DNA from: Azolla caroliniana
Lineage: Eukaryota > Plantae > Polypodiophyta
DNA length: 64,000 nucleotides
Direction: 5' to 3'
Assembly (NCBI GenBank): GCA_043228905.1
Contig: JBHGNT010000001.1
Location: 25,234,001 to 25,298,000, forward strand
Below, one piece after another: positions 40,231 through 54,913 of the stretch. Under the pieces are notes generated by a model. The model had not been told where the DNA came from. It was given only the letters and a program-made list of their open reading frames with translations, and did not search any database. How positions within the stretch are numbered: the first letter of the stretch is position 1; the number at the start of each line of letters is the position of its first letter. The position numbers and the translations under genes are program-made.

Positions 40231-43200
40231 ATGGCTTCTTCAACTGGACCTCTGGATGCAATACAATCAACACTAGCTGAGGCAGACCTAGAACATCATG
40301 ATGGTACGGAGCCTCAAAGCCAGATGGCAGTCTCTTCAGTTTGTGAGTCCTCAACTACAGGGCGGCCAAATGAGCTTATTGAACTCGATGGTAATAATTC
40401 ACAGGTATCCTCCACTATTTTTTCTCCCACCATTCCACTGAGTGCACACGTGCCAGAGCAGGATGAAAATGTTAGCCTCCTCAACGGCACGAATAGTGCA
40501 CGGACAACCGAAAAAGTTGTGGATCCTACAGGTTAGTTAAATCTCCAACTATTTGAAACTCAAAAGTGAGAAGATTTGTTGTGCATGCAGTTAAAAGATT
40601 TATATCCACAAGATAAGAGAAAGAGATTCACATAACTCTTGATAATCTGTTGGTAAAGATGGAGGGACATTAGAGAGAAGACAAATGAGATTCTAATGTT
40701 GAATTCAAACAGGGTCCCTGTATGTCGAATGATGTTTGAAGGGACACCATTCTCAATTTTACTATCTTACGATGCATCCTGATTGCAAAATTGGGTGACA
40801 TGGGGGGTTGGGTTTGACCTTGTTGGGGACTTCACGCATTTTCTTGACTTTGTCACCTTTGTGTTTAAATTGGTTAGGGGTGAGCTCTGACACAATCCAT
40901 TGCATGGTCCCATTCAGGAAGCATGATTGGCATAAAAACTTGAGTTGGTCTTCTTTTTTTATTGAGAGAGAGTGAGTCATTGACCACCTGGGCTCTAATC
41001 ACTGAGGAGGTGTTTAACCTTGTGGCACTCTGTATGTGATTTTATGAAGGATATCACCGCAGGATGTGGTTGAGGGATGTTATGAAGGATATCTCCGCAG
41101 GATGTTGTTGAGGGATACTGGGTGGAAAGTGTCCTTGAGTAGATCAAGCTTTTTCTTGTTGTCATCATTGAGAGAGCATTCCACAGGGGGTAGGAACCCT
41201 CTGATATGTACCTTGAGGTCATTTTTCAGTTGGAGGTGGCTCACATTAAGTTCACCATTTGTGCATTTCACAATCTTGGCAGTTGTTGTGTGTCCTTATA
41301 CGTTGAGTTTTATCTTCATGACAACAGTTCTTGGTTGTATGGGGAGAGTGTACCTTAACTACCCATGCTGCGATCCTCTCATGCCTAAGGCTTTTGCAGC
41401 CAAGAGTGGAGAGAGGAGAAGATTTCTGTTCACTGTGACTGCTGGATGTATCTTAATTTATAAGGTTTTTCAGCAGAGGCTAGAAGTGCACGTCTTCAAT
41501 TGTAACATCATACGATGCCATCAGGCATATTATTACCTTTAGTGAGATCTGAACCCAGAATTATGGGTTGATAAAAAAACCATGGATTACCTCTATAGGG
41601 AACAGTGAGTAAGGTTTTCTGAGGGAGTCCGGAAGTTCTTATACCTGAATGAACCACCTCATCAATATGTTATTCGTCGGTCTTATATGTCAGCGGAATT
41701 CGAAGACACTGGACTCGAAACTCATGTTTTTGTATATGCTTAACAGATGGAGCAAACATAAGAGGAACCATAAACTCAGTTCAACCATCAACACCATCTC
41801 CTGAATGCAAGAAAGCTGAAATCGATACAGCTGCACCATTTGAATCTGTGAAAGCAGCCTTGACTTTGTTTGGGGAGAGATTTGATGTGAAATCTCAGCA
41901 GCAAACTCGTCAAACACAAGTACCTAGTTTTGAGGTATCTATTTGAAAAACCCTTTTGCTAAATAACCATGATTGTTGTGCCAAGGTATAACAATGTTTT
42001 TTAACAGTTTTGTTTTTCAACCAGCGGAATACTGTATCAGAAGTGGATCTTCAAAAAACCCAAGATGACATTGCAGTATACAAAAAGAGACTTTCTGATA
42101 CAAAGGTTACTACAGGGGATATCCTCCTTGAACTTGAGAGTGTTAAAGGGCAAATTAAAGCAGGTTTAGCAAAATCAAAAGATGGCAAGATCATTAATTT
42201 TGTGCATGTTTCTGAAGTGGAAGTTACTGAGGCTAGCGAATCAGTAGAGGATGTAAAAGTAGCATCACAAAGAGCTACTGAAATGCACAAAGTAATGAAG
42301 GATATTGAAGATATGGAAGAGAAGCTTCTCTCACTGAAAGCTTCACGTGATATGGCAAAGAAAAGGCTTGAACAGTCTCGTATAAGTTTTGATAGTGTTT
42401 CCAAGACAAACGAAGAGCTTGTTGCAGAGCAAGCATCTCTACTTGAAGCCATGTCATCTGTTCAATCTGAACTTGTAGATGTAGAGGAGCAAGTGGAAAT
42501 ATTGAGATCTGGTGAAAACCTTGAATTATTGAAGACGACACACTCAAATTTGATAGATCAAATGACTGCCGAAACGAAGCTTCTCCAGTTGAAACTTGCT
42601 AAAACCAATTCTGCAGTAAGGAAGCTGAGAGAAGAACTTGCCGCAGCTAAAGGATTGGGTATAAAATCTGTAGCTAATATAGAAGTGAATGAAGATATTC
42701 AGAAAGTCAGATTACAACTGGATGAGGCAAAACATGAAAAACAGGGCAAAGTTGAGAAACTTGCTAAGATATCGGCAGAGCTTGATCATGTGAAGCCAAA
42801 ATTAGAGAAGGCAAGAGAGGAGCATGCCTCTCTCTCATCATCATTACTTTCATTGAAAGAAGAGAAAGAAAGAGCGAGAATCGAACTTGAAAGCATGCAC
42901 GAGAAAGAGCAAGTTGCATGTGCAACATTAGCATCTTTGCAAGATGAACTGCAAAAAGTGAAGGAATCATTATTATCTTCTCAAGATGGTGCAAGAAGAG
43001 CTTTGGAGGCAAAAGAAACACTGCCAGCAGCAATAAAACAAGCAGCATTAGAAGCTGACAAAGCAAAAGTCCAAGCTGAAGGATCAATAGTAGAGGAACG
43101 GAGAGCAAGGCATGAAATGGACCAATCAAAAGCAGCTATGAGCACAACATTGAGCCAAAATGCCGCCACTCTGAAGGAAGTAGAGGCAGCTCGTGCCTCG

Positions 43201-43830
43201 GAAACAATAGCTTTAGCCGAGCTCAAAGGCTTAATGAAATCGGAAGAACGTAATTACACTGATATGGAAACCGAATCCGAGAAAGGAACTGTCATCATAA
43301 TCTCGTCGGAAGAGTATAATTCGCTGAAACAAGCTGCCGACAAAGCCGAGGGCATTGCTGGGAAAAAAGTCGAAGAAGTTTTAGCCCTGGTGAAACGAGC
43401 TAAATCCGACCATGTTGCTGCTCAGGCAAGGCTTGATGACGTTGTAAAAAAGGTGGAGTTATCTCAGAAGGAGCTGGAGGAGGTCCTTAAAAGTGGTGAG
43501 GATGCACAAGTCACCAAATTGGAATGTGAAGCTGCCCTTAGAAAATGGAGAAGTGAACATGAACAACAACGTCAAAGAACCGGTATTCCTCCCAACCATC
43601 TAAGGGAAAGAAAGCTCAGAAATGATGAGCACCCTCCAGATGTCGGAAAACCTGACCCAGTAGCCCAAGATTTCAGCCGCATTGTACCAATGCCAGAAAG
43701 AGCTACTGGTAAGGACTATTTGCCCATGGAACTGGAAGGTGTATCATCACAAGAAAAAGAAAAACTAAAGAAAAAAACCTTCATCAAGCGATTCACTTCA
43801 GCGGTTTCTCGGAAAAAACCCCAAGACTAG
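40231..43830 (+). CDS. WEB family (DUF827, WEB1/PMI2-like) coiled-coil protein; 3 exons 40231-40531, 41747-41934, 42025-43830
   Basis: Signature AEIDTAAPFESVKAALTLFGE, long coiled coil, EAARASE..ALA, ISSEEY.SL, LRKWRSEHEQ. An upstream in-frame ATG at 40054 is an alternative start. Confidence 0.93.
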
Positions 43831-44953
43831 TTAAAAAAGTGCCTTTTCAAGCACCATGACCCAAGATTGTGATATAAATATGAATTCTTTGAAGAGTCGG
43901 CACATTTAAGGAAACATTTCGTGTCGATGACTTGTTTTGAAGCTGTTGGGGTTCATGTCGTAACGTATCAAAGTGTCAACATTCTTAGCATTAGTTGGGG
44001 GTTCTATTCACACTCTAGGTGTGCATTTATTACAATGTACATACAAAATACATGATGAGCATTCTTTGTCTACATTATATAGAAAATGATATACATCTAT
44101 TCAGACTTGATAATTGTCTTAATATGCAATTCCAAGGAAATGTTTCCAAAATTCTACATGTATTTGAGACTTTCAAACCCATTATTGTGAAACCCCACGG
44201 CTTTTTACTTGAAAACCATTGCATAGACAACATATCACATATACCATCCCCATTTCATGGACGATGAAATGCCATACAATTTTGAGAAGAACTGAATTGG
44301 ATGTCTTTTTTTAAATATCCAAGCTTCAAGATTAGCCACTTGTATGCTAAAATATTCCCACACCATGGTTATGTGAAGATAATTCTGAAACAAATAAGAG
44401 ATATATATTTGTAGTTGTAAATCAAGTAAAAGATAACACATGGTAACATGACTCATAACTGTAAATGATTTTAAGAGGTAGGTGTGTTGTTTGCATGCAT
44501 TGGATAGATTGTGTGTGTGTGTGTGTGTGTGTGTGCATGTGTTATGTATATGTGAGAAGGATAGATTTTATTATCATCTTGGGGGGTCACATATGACCTA
44601 TGAGACAAAAAAATAGGATGTATTCATGTGCCATCCTCTCGTTAAAATTGCGTCTATTAAATATAGTATATATGCTCTTTATAATCGAGGAGATATGTGA
44701 TGAGAGTGTCGTGTCGATTTGTGGCTGGAAGCATTGCACACATGACATGTCATGAGATTCTTCTTTGTCTAGGAGGCGTGTGGGATATATATATACGTGC
44801 GTGCATGGCAACTACCAGATTTCGACATGGGGGTGGGCCATTCGATGATTCACCACACGTCTTCCAAATCGAGGTGGGAATGGGGGTGGGCGGGCGGGGC
44901 CGAGAGAATTGTGGTCGAAAGGAGAGCGACACAAGTCACACAAACTTATGGTC

Positions 44954-44992
<39 letters not shown>

Positions 44993-45172
44993 TTGGGAAA
45001 GGGTGTGTTATGTATGTATGTATGTATTTTATGTGTGTGTGTGTGTATGTATGTATGTAAGTATGTATGTATATGTATGTGTGTGTGTGTGTGTGTGGAT
45101 TGGAGGGATGGAGATGAGATTTTTTTTGAGCTCTGTCTTTTTTCCGCTTCGCTGAATGTGTTGTCATCCACA

Positions 45173-45203
<31 letters not shown>

Positions 45204-45347
45204 ATGATGATCGCAGAGAGAAAACAGTGATGGGTCGTGCATCCGATTCATTCTCGGGTTTCATTCTGCTCACCCATCCCTAACCTAATTAAGAGAATCA
45301 CCACTACCACCATCATCATCTTCTTCTTCTTCATCATCGTCATCATC

Positions 45348-48300
45348 ATGGCCATGGCAACAAACTCTTTGCACTTGATGGCTTCTGCAAAGTGTTCAGA
45401 CAGAGATGGACGTTTCTCTTCTTCTTCTTCTTCTTCTTCTCGCAGACAGCGACTCTTGCGGCTGAATAGAAATCGGCGCAAAGTATTCAAACTCGACTGT
45501 GGGTCGTTGATTCAGAGGAGTAAAGGGTATGGTCTGATACCACCATCAAGGTGCAGTAATAAAAGCATGAATCAAATTCCAGAAGTATCTGAAGATTCAT
45601 GCACAAATGAATCAGATTCCATTTCCATATCTGACGGCGAAATTTGGTCAAAATTACCAGAAAAAACCTCTGAAACAGAAGTTTTTTCAACAGATTCTAG
45701 GAGGGGCTTCCTTATGAGAACTGCTCTATCAAGTTTAGCTATGGTTATATCAGCCGAAACAAGAAAATCCTTGGCTGCTGTGGATAATATACCATCTAAT
45801 TCAGCAATTAAAGAACCTACAGTTGTCCCAACACCTAAACCTGTGATACCTGAACAAGTGGAAAAGCCAAGTGGATCAAGGATCTACGACGCCACTGTTC
45901 TTGGGGAGCCCATTGCGGTTGGAAAAGACAAGGGGAGAGTGTGGCAAAAGATGCTTGCGGCACGCGTTGTCTATCTTGGAGAGGCGGAGAGTGTACCTGA
46001 TCCTGACGACAAGGTAAGAGATTAATATGATTGTTATTGTTGGATTAAAAGAACACCGCTATCAAGCCTAAATACAGCTAAGGGCATAAGGTCTAGTATT
46101 GGCATGACTATGTGCTCTAAAGGTTCAAATCTTTATAGCATAATCTCCAAGACCGAAGAATAAAGTATAGGGCTACATTATTATAGGCCTATAACATAGG
46201 TCTGCAATTGGAGGTGAATCTGTATGTACTGTTTGGAGATCTTACAATGATTGATTTTGTGCATATTTTTTGTTCTTGTACTCCAACTGATAAGAAATTT
46301 GTCAGCTTGCAGATACTGGAGCTTGAAATTGTCCGAACAATTAGAGACAAGTGTTTTGAGCTGAAACGACCAGTATCCCTTGCTTTACAGGCATTCCCAT
46401 GTACTTTGCAAGCTCAACTCAATGCATATATGAGCAAACGGTATTAATCCATATGCGTCTATATATGTGTTTTTTTATCACATTTAAATGGTTTATCATG
46501 TTGAGATTCTATCCATGAGTTTTTCATTGTTCAAATATGGTAAAAACGGAGAAATTGATCTGAATGCTAAAATTTGTGGGATGTATCATGTGACTAATCT
46601 TTATCCTTCTGAAAGATTGCAAGGTCTCTATCCAAGAACTAGTATATATTGAGTAGAAACAATAGAATGTGATTAAGAGGACATGTAAAAGCTACAGAAG
46701 CAAAATCACCTTGTTTTGTGCTATGATCTATCCATATTTCAGTTTTTTTCTCTTGAAAATACCGTTCTCTCTTGAATGATTATTTTATGCCACAATTGAA
46801 AATCATTTTTCTCAAAAGTAATCAAACATGTTTCACATTATCGAATACAAACATACGACCAACTTTACTTCCAGTGGCAATTAATTCATTATTTTTAGCA
46901 TGAGGAATTTCACAACCATCATTTGTAACTAGCACTGGGAGCTTCAGTTTTCTAATCGCAGTATTTTATGACAGAATTTCTGACAAGGAGTTACGAGAAC
47001 TGGTAGGAAACTGGTCTGATGAGCGGTGGAAAGAGTATCAACCACTACTACAATACTGCCGAAATAATGGAGTGCGACTTATGGCTGGTGGAGCACCATT
47101 AGAGGTATTTTCTCTCTTGGATCCATCGTTTACTTTGCATGTCAATTCATTATTTTGAGTTGTAATCTTATTCTTTATTTTCCAATGCTGCAATGCATAG
47201 TGCATGCATCTTTCTTCCGTATATGTCCTTTCATTATGTTGCGGATTGTGATATAATTCTGTCATTTTCAATGCTGGAATGCATAGTGCATGCATCTTTC
47301 TTCAGTGCCTGTCACTTCATTATGTTGAGGATTGTGATGTAATTCCGTCATTTTCAATTCTGGAATGCATAATGCACATGCATCTCGTTAGGATGGAAAT
47401 TTTTATGGACATTTCTTTGAGAGTATATCTAGCATATCCTTTGCATATTGCATAACATTCCAGGCTTGCATCAATATTATAGCAACAGATAGACGTACAA
47501 TGATTAAAATAAGAACGTGACTATGCAAAAGCTTCATTGCTCAAGGGGCAGAAATGGTCCAATGGTGAAATTGTGCAGAATCGCCGTAATTAACAATTTA
47601 GGAGGATCTCTTTCATGGTGTAGAAGAAGTGCTGGCCTACCAATCCAATTCTCAAAACTTAATGAAGAGTGAATATCATGGAAAAATCCTGGAATATTTT
47701 GGTAGAAGGGCTATGCATAAAAATTTCAGGATCATTTATACCAAATTCGACCCAAATATTGCATGATTAATGTTGTGTTATTCCAAGATTCAGTGCTTAG
47801 AAAAGATTGAATATCACACTTGAGGATGTGAAAACTGGAACTGTTATGCATTAAAATGTCCTCTGCCTTTCCTGCTTGCTAACACCTTGGATGACATGGT
47901 TTCACAATTGTATACATGAAAGTTCCTTTAGAAAGTAAAAATTTTCTTTGTCAAGGGACTCAGCAATATTGTAAGTTTGATAGCACATTTGGATATCCAG
48001 GTGCTGCGAACTGTCCAAGCCAAAGGTGTTCAAGGGCTGAGTGTTGCTGATAGGCGCAAATATGTTCCACCGATGGGAACTGGTTTTGGTTTGAACTCCA
48101 ATTCTTTAGTAAAACAACTTTCTCTTGCCGATGTCTTACCCAATGCCTCAGCTCCATTTGGGCCTGGTCCATATAATTTCGCTCAGGCACGACTTGTGGA
48201 GGATCATACTATGTCACAAGTTGTGTTACAAGGCATGACAGATGGAGGTGCTGTTGGTATTCTCATAGTAATTGTGGGGTCGTCACATGTCTTGTTTGGC

Positions 48301-50333
48301 ACCAGAGGAACTGGAATTCCAGCAAGAATTTCCAAGAATTTACAAAAGCGAACGCAAGCTGTAGTTCTATTAAACCCAGAAAGACAGAGGATACGCAAGG
48401 AAGGAGAGTTGCCTGAGGCAGATTTCTTATGGTATTCGGCTGCAAAGCAATGTTCAAGGAATTGTTTTGATCGGGCAGAGATTGCTCGTGTAATGGATGC
48501 AGCAGGGAGAAGGCGAGATGCTTTACCAAATGTAATCTTCCATTGCATTGATAATACAAGTATATGAAGGCTTATTATGTGAAATTCTCAACTTGTATAA
48601 CTGTTCTTGATTGTAAACAGGACCTTCAAACGGGACTGGATCTTGGCTTAGTACCACCAGAAGTGCTGAGGGACTTTTTTGATTTGGAAAAACAGCCCTT
48701 TATCGCTGAACTTACACGACGTTACCAGGTGGTGAACTAATAATATTGGATCCTCTCTTTGATACATCTTTAATATATGAGCCAGAAGCTTACCTATGTT
48801 TCCTTCATTTTCATGTGTAATAATCAATACATATACCTCCTTTTTGCAGGGTTTTCGAGAACGGTGGCTAGCTGACCCTAGGTTCCTTCAAAGGCTTGGG
48901 ATTGAAGAAACAATATCAATCACAACAACTTTAATTGCTCAGTATGAACGAAGAAAAGGTCGGTTTTTCCAAGAACTGGATTATGTAATCACGGATACGG
49001 TGAGGGGTGCTGTAGTAGATTTCTTTACAGTGTGGCTACCTGCTCCAACACTCTCATTCCGCTCAACCGACACACCATCCAATGCGTCAGGTGTCCTAGA
49101 GGGTCTGAAGGGACTACTTGGGTCATTGCCGGACAATGCTTTCCAAAGGGTAAGAGGGGGTAATAATTGGGACACTCAAGCAAGAATTTTGGCGGTTGTA
49201 GTGGGTGGAATGAAGCTCTTTTCGGTTGGATTTATTGCAAGTATTGGCACTGTCACGTTCACCAATGTCGCATTAAGTTTGAAGCAGCGTTTAAATCCAC
49301 CAAAAGTTGCCATAACAAAGCAGAATAAGCGGTCACCAATACTAAAGACTGCCCTTGTTTATGCTTCTTTCCTTGGCACGTCAGCTAATCTTCGATATCA
49401 GGTACATTCTTTGTGCCCTTGAAATGATGTGTGATCAAACTAGAGGCGTTGTGAAGCTCTTTTTCTTTTGGTATGATGATAAAATTAGAGATTTTGAGAA
49501 AAACTTTTCTTGATGACATGATCGTCAGAAATTTGCGAAGGCATTTGATATATTTGTGCATTTTTTAATTTCATCATAGGCCATTGCTGGACTTGTAGAG
49601 CACTGGGTTGCAGATTATTACTTGGCTTCTAACCCACTTCTTGGAAGCATCTTGTCATTTACAGCTCGAACCGCCAATTCTTACCTTGGCACTCAGGTAC
49701 AAGAGCTGATGCTTTATATGTCAATGTTGCATACAACACATTTTCATTGAGTGAAAAATAAAATGCCACTTAGGAGGAAATCTATTGTTTGAAAAATAAA
49801 ATGCGAAGCATTAAAACTAGAAAAATTTAAGCTATATTGAGTAGTAATATCTTGCCCTCCTACTTTATGATGGCACCGTGATATTTATAGTGATTCTCAT
49901 ACTTGTAACTTATTGCGACTTTTTTGTCTACGAAATATAAGTATATGTCTCATGACATCTTATCACTAAATTTTCACTCTACTAATTCCTACTCTGGCTC
50001 ATTGGTTTCCAAAGATAAATTCATGCTATATTTGCAAGAGGCAATATATCACACTGTGTTTTGCATGTAATGTTTTGTTTATGAAAGCTTTCTCTTGTCT
50101 TTCAGCAATGGATAGACCTTGCAAGGTTGACTGGTTTACAAGCACACAACGATGATAAACCCCCAGCTGAATTGGAACAAGTAAGTGAGACAATAAACCC
50201 TGAGAAAGTTGAGGCTGTACCGGATGGCACAAAAGATCGATTAGATGCTGATGCAAAGCCTTGGGAGATATCAACAATGGAGTGTACGACTACACGAGAT
50301 GAGCATATGGATGATGTTAATAGGCATATATAA
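45348..50333 (+). CDS. RER5: RETICULATA-RELATED 5/6-like chloroplast protein (ChaN-like + DUF3411); 8 exons 45348-46013, 46313-46440, 46975-47104, 48001-48531, 48621-48728, 48850-49401, 49580-49696, 50106-50333
   Basis: Transit peptide with twin-Arg-like [76 protein letters not shown]; all GT-AG. RER5 versus RER6 cannot be distinguished. Confidence 0.93.
47140..47385. repeat. Intronic ~86-bp tandem repeat, about 3 copies
   Basis: ttcaatgctggaatgcatagtgcatgcatctttcttc...cattatgttg.ggattgtgat repeated. Confidence 0.75.
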
Positions 50334-53300
50334 AAAGTAAATATGCAATCAGATACTGCACGAAGTTGTATCACTGGTGAGGATCATAAGAGCAATTACT
50401 ACCCATGATATAGATTTCTGAGAAAATGCTGGTTTTCGTAGTAAGTTAGCTCCCTACGAGCCATGACAATGCTCGTCTTCTCTTAGACAACCTGAAAATG
50501 AGGTTCTTCAGGTAGAGCGGTTTTGCTGTAAAGAAAATCTGAGTTTTTGAACCATTTTTCCATGCATATTGATTTTTATGAGCCTCTATACAAGGAAGAG
50601 TTGAATTACCAGGTTATAACCTCTTGGCAGCGTCAGATTCTTTTTTATGTAAACTTCTTCTGAATGTATAGTAAAGATGCTGATTGGACATTTACTGAGT
50701 TATTGAGCTCCCCATGATTATTGTAATTTGTAAAAAGACCATAAATCCAATAAATATTTCTTATGATGGATTTCATTTGTGTTGAGTAATATGAGTAAAC
50801 TATGAACAATATCACAGCATTTAGTATCGAGAACCTCAAATCTTTACTGCATTTGTTTAAAAGAACCCCAATTGATGCCTTCTGGGCTGAATATTTAGTG
50901 CCTTCTCAATCCAAAGGAGGGAGGTTTACCATGGGAGTTCTGGTTATAGGAAAGGGTGTACGAGCTTTTATTATAAGTTGAGTGTGGTCTACGTTCAATC
51001 TAGCATGAGATGTCTAAGGTTTCAAATAAAGGGTAATAAATTTAGTATTCCCTCTGAGGACGTCAAATTATAGAGTGTTTTACAGTTTTATTGAAGATTC
51101 TCTGTGGGGTAGGGATAAAGCATTCATAGAAACAACATTGAAGCTCTACAAACTTTCAAATCTAGAGTGTTTTTCTCCTCAAACAACACTGGAGAAACCA
51201 GTTTATTCATTTTCATTAATGAGGTAAGTGGACCATTCTCAAATCCAGGCATCGTCCATCAACCATCATTTTACCATGGTAGTAGATGCCAATCAATAAG
51301 TTATCTCTGTCCAAATTTGTTGTCAAACTATATGGTCTCTGTTTCAACATTGATGTTCCCTGTTAAGTGCTTCCAGATGCACATATGATTCCATGCACCT
51401 TGAATCACGCCTACCCATGACTTTTTTCTTAAATATTGTATACTTTATTGGACAAACTCATTGATTGGTTGATTTCTTTCCCCATGTTAGTGAGGGGGGA
51501 AAATAAGTTGTGGGTTATCATTATTTCTTCTATCACTTTGAGTTTAATAGCAAACAATCAAGCTAGACTTCTGGTATGTGTCTCCAAGTAAAACTTTGAG
51601 AGACCTAAATGGCAATAATATTGACTTGTTTCTCGTATCTTACCATTCTACCCAAGACCAGTTAGGTGCCTTTAAATGAATTAGATAAGCAACGATTTAT
51701 GCATATTAATGTGCAACCCTTATGCCAATGAAAATACATTCCAAATTTCCACAACTTTTCCAATATTATCAGTTCTCAATCAAGATTTCATATTCCACAC
51801 TTTAACTTTAGCTATATTATTGATTAGAGTTTCAAAAACCTAGATGAAACATCTAACGCCTGAGCTGTTAGTCGGTTCCCCAATGAGTAAGCTTAACAAT
51901 TTCTCTATATTTTGCCAAGTTATGTCATCATACCAAGAAGAATTGGGCAAGTACCAATGACAAACAATAACAACTCAACGAGCATCCTTGTTGTATTAAT
52001 CATATTATGTCCAAGATATTGTGTTCAAGATTTAGTGCCTTCTAAATCCACATTGTGTGGGGTGGTGGGTAGACGATAGCTCGTCCTGAAGTTGATCGGC
52101 TATAACTTTGAGAAATCTTATACTATATATATCCATTAAATATATAGTTCTCCGGTGCCCAATGGACATGAGAGAGATAAATATCAATAGAAGCTTAAAA
52201 AAACCACTTCCCATGAATTATGTATCTTACTAGAAATCCACAGACCTTGAAAGAAAATTATTTGAGAACCATTTGAGTTTCTTAACAGGAGCCATATGGT
52301 ATTCATTTGCAATTCCATGTCAATATGGGCTCATATCATCATAAATATGTGAAAGCAAAAACTCCAACTCGGCTTCGTTTAAATTTTAAATCTTCTTCCA
52401 AGGCTGTTGGGAATTAATGGCCAACCTCTCATGGACATCCGAAGATCAGAAGAGAGGATATAGGAATGTGTTGATGGGGGGATATGCATCGAGATTTGAA
52501 TCCAAATGAATGGGTTAGTAAAACGTTCTCTTACCGTTAGGATGCAATCCTGATGGCAAAAAGAAGACTTCAACTCTGAACTTCTTTCCAGCATAAGAGG
52601 TATCATGTGTTCTACAATGAGGTTAATGGAGAACATTATTCTTTCATTATCCCTTCTTGTGAGGTAAATGGAGAATATTATTACCCGTGTCCCGTCTTGT
52701 GAGAGATAATTTTGAACTTGTGGTTGCTTAAAGTGTAGTAAATGTACAATGATTAGTGGTAAGAGTTCCATTTTGAGGGGGGAAAATATGGCTCCTTTGG
52801 CATTTATACACTAAAAAAATGATGGCATTGAATGTACTCTGTTTTCATGATGCTTAAAACAATTACTCAGCCATCAAGGATTAATGAACTGGCAAATCCT
52901 TCTGTGACTCCTTTGAAAATATCATTTGTGGGTCTTGTTGGGTAACTTTAATGTGTTCTAACGTAATCCCGTTCACCTCCAGATGTAGTTTAATGAATGG
53001 TCCATAACAAGTTTAGAACTTGTTAATAGCGAAAGTCCTAAATTACAATGCAGAGAGTTAGACTAATGGAAGAGATTATAGTTTTACCTTTCAATATATA
53101 TCAAGGTGGAGCATGTTGGTTCATATATCTGAAATCCACGATGAGGCATTCTTGCCTCAAGTGTTGATCATGCAGGAGTATCCAGGGTATACATCATTTG
53201 ATCATTTTTCAATTGTCTTGGAAGGCTCACATCAAATGATCTACGGTTATCAACCTTTATTGTGAAAGCAACCCTGAAATCTTCTTTTCTTCCACGAGAT

Positions 53301-53705
53301 CAATTTCTCCAAGTTATGGGATAACTGGTAGGAGAGTTTACAAGACAGGCCAGACATGGTTCCAACATGGGATATTTGTCTCTATATTCAATGTTAAACA
53401 TGGGAAAGAAAAGATCATGCTCGTCCAACAATTGTCATAGGTATCTCCTTATAAATGATATATTATTTTATACAAGACCCTACAGTACGTTTCATAAATC
53501 TCATCTCTTTTAGGTCTGGAATGCTTGTTCGATGATGAGATGAGAGTGGACTAATGCAAGCAGTATAAATATGATGAATCCTAATGTTGCTAATTCTACT
53601 AATCAGAGCATTATTAGAAAGTTGATACTGCCAACAAAAACTCATGGCAATCAATGTTTTGGATTGACTGAACAATATGGCCACAAATGATCTTTGATTA
53701 GAGAG

Positions 53706-54020
53706 CAATCGAAACAATTTGTGCATGGGCATGCTTGATCTTTGATAAGATAACAATTGAAACAATGTTCTTACTGATCAACTATAAAACAAATCTTCCA
53801 AGTTAAATGGACAATTGAAACAATTTGTACATGGGCATGATGATCTTTGATAAGATAACAAGTGAAACAATGTTCTTACTGATCAACTATAAAACAAATC
53901 TTCCAAGTTAAATGGACAATTGAAACAATTTGTACATGGGCATGATGATCTTTGATAAGATAACAAGTGAAACAATGTTCCTTCTGATCAACTATAAAAC
54001 AAATCTTCAAGTTAAATGGA
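53706..54020. repeat. 105-bp tandem repeat, about 3 near-identical copies
   Basis: aacaatgttc at 53761, 53866 and 53971, with near-identical sequence between. Confidence 0.9.
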
Positions 54021-54913
54021 TAATACTGTAGTATTCCCTTGCAACATGTATGAGGTAAAGCCCTTGTGAATGATTCATGTGGTCTTGTTGACTTCATTTA
54101 AGAATGTTTAGCTCTATTAGCATTTTTACCACATCTCAGTCCACAATGATCATCACAAATATTGACAGGGTAAATTTTTGTTCTGTAGGCTTCACTATCG
54201 GCCATCTTTTCACAGGCATGATTCATTGGTTCATATTTATATCCCTTTGGAGTAGTCTACACTACATTAATTGATGGTTCTCCAATAAAGAAACATGCCC
54301 TCATGCCTCTACTATTGAAAAGAATAGGTAGATCATTTTTTAGTGTACATACTTGAGCTTAAAGCAGTAAAATCTCAAGTAGGATAAAACATGTCCATTA
54401 TCTTCATTGTATGTCAATTTTATGCTGAATGGAGAAAGGGAGGTGTTCCATAGTTAAATATTCAAAAAGCTTCGTGCTTGAATAGCTTCCATTGGTTATC
54501 AACTATATCCAAAGTGGTCCTCACATTCAATCATCCACTGAATCAAGTTGCCTAACACATAAAAATTTCTGCAAGCCACATGTGCATATCATATGTAACT
54601 CACGCCACATGCGAAGAGTTCGAGTCCCTTGTCTCCATCAATGATATTGTTAAGTGAGAGAGAAAGCTCACACGAAATTTCAAAAAGAAAAGACTCAAAA
54701 AAATTATCAATGCTTGATAACTACTTTATTATGTTTCCTTACTCAACAAATTTGCAGTCTTTTTCCCTACAGTCAACTCATTTAAGTGCTTGCTAATGAT
54801 TGCCATTATTAGTAGAAGACCATTATAGAGACAATGCAAGATAACAAGAGATAAAAACCTTAAACTCTCTTTATTTTCTTCCTTGCTTCAACTAATGATG
54901 ATAGTGGCCTAAC

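Noticed and set aside
40700-41500. Possible LINE ORF1 fragment in WEB intron 1, and similar coding-like patches at 51-53 kb
   Set aside because: Too degraded to assign without a search.
44697-45283. ORFs such as MYVCMYV/HTHTH (also at 57849-58141 and 62381-62584)
   Set aside because: Translations of (CA)n, (TATG)n and (CT)n microsatellites.
53706-54020. CRISPR-like array
   Set aside because: Whole 105-bp units repeat with no unique spacers, there are no cas genes, and the context is eukaryotic.
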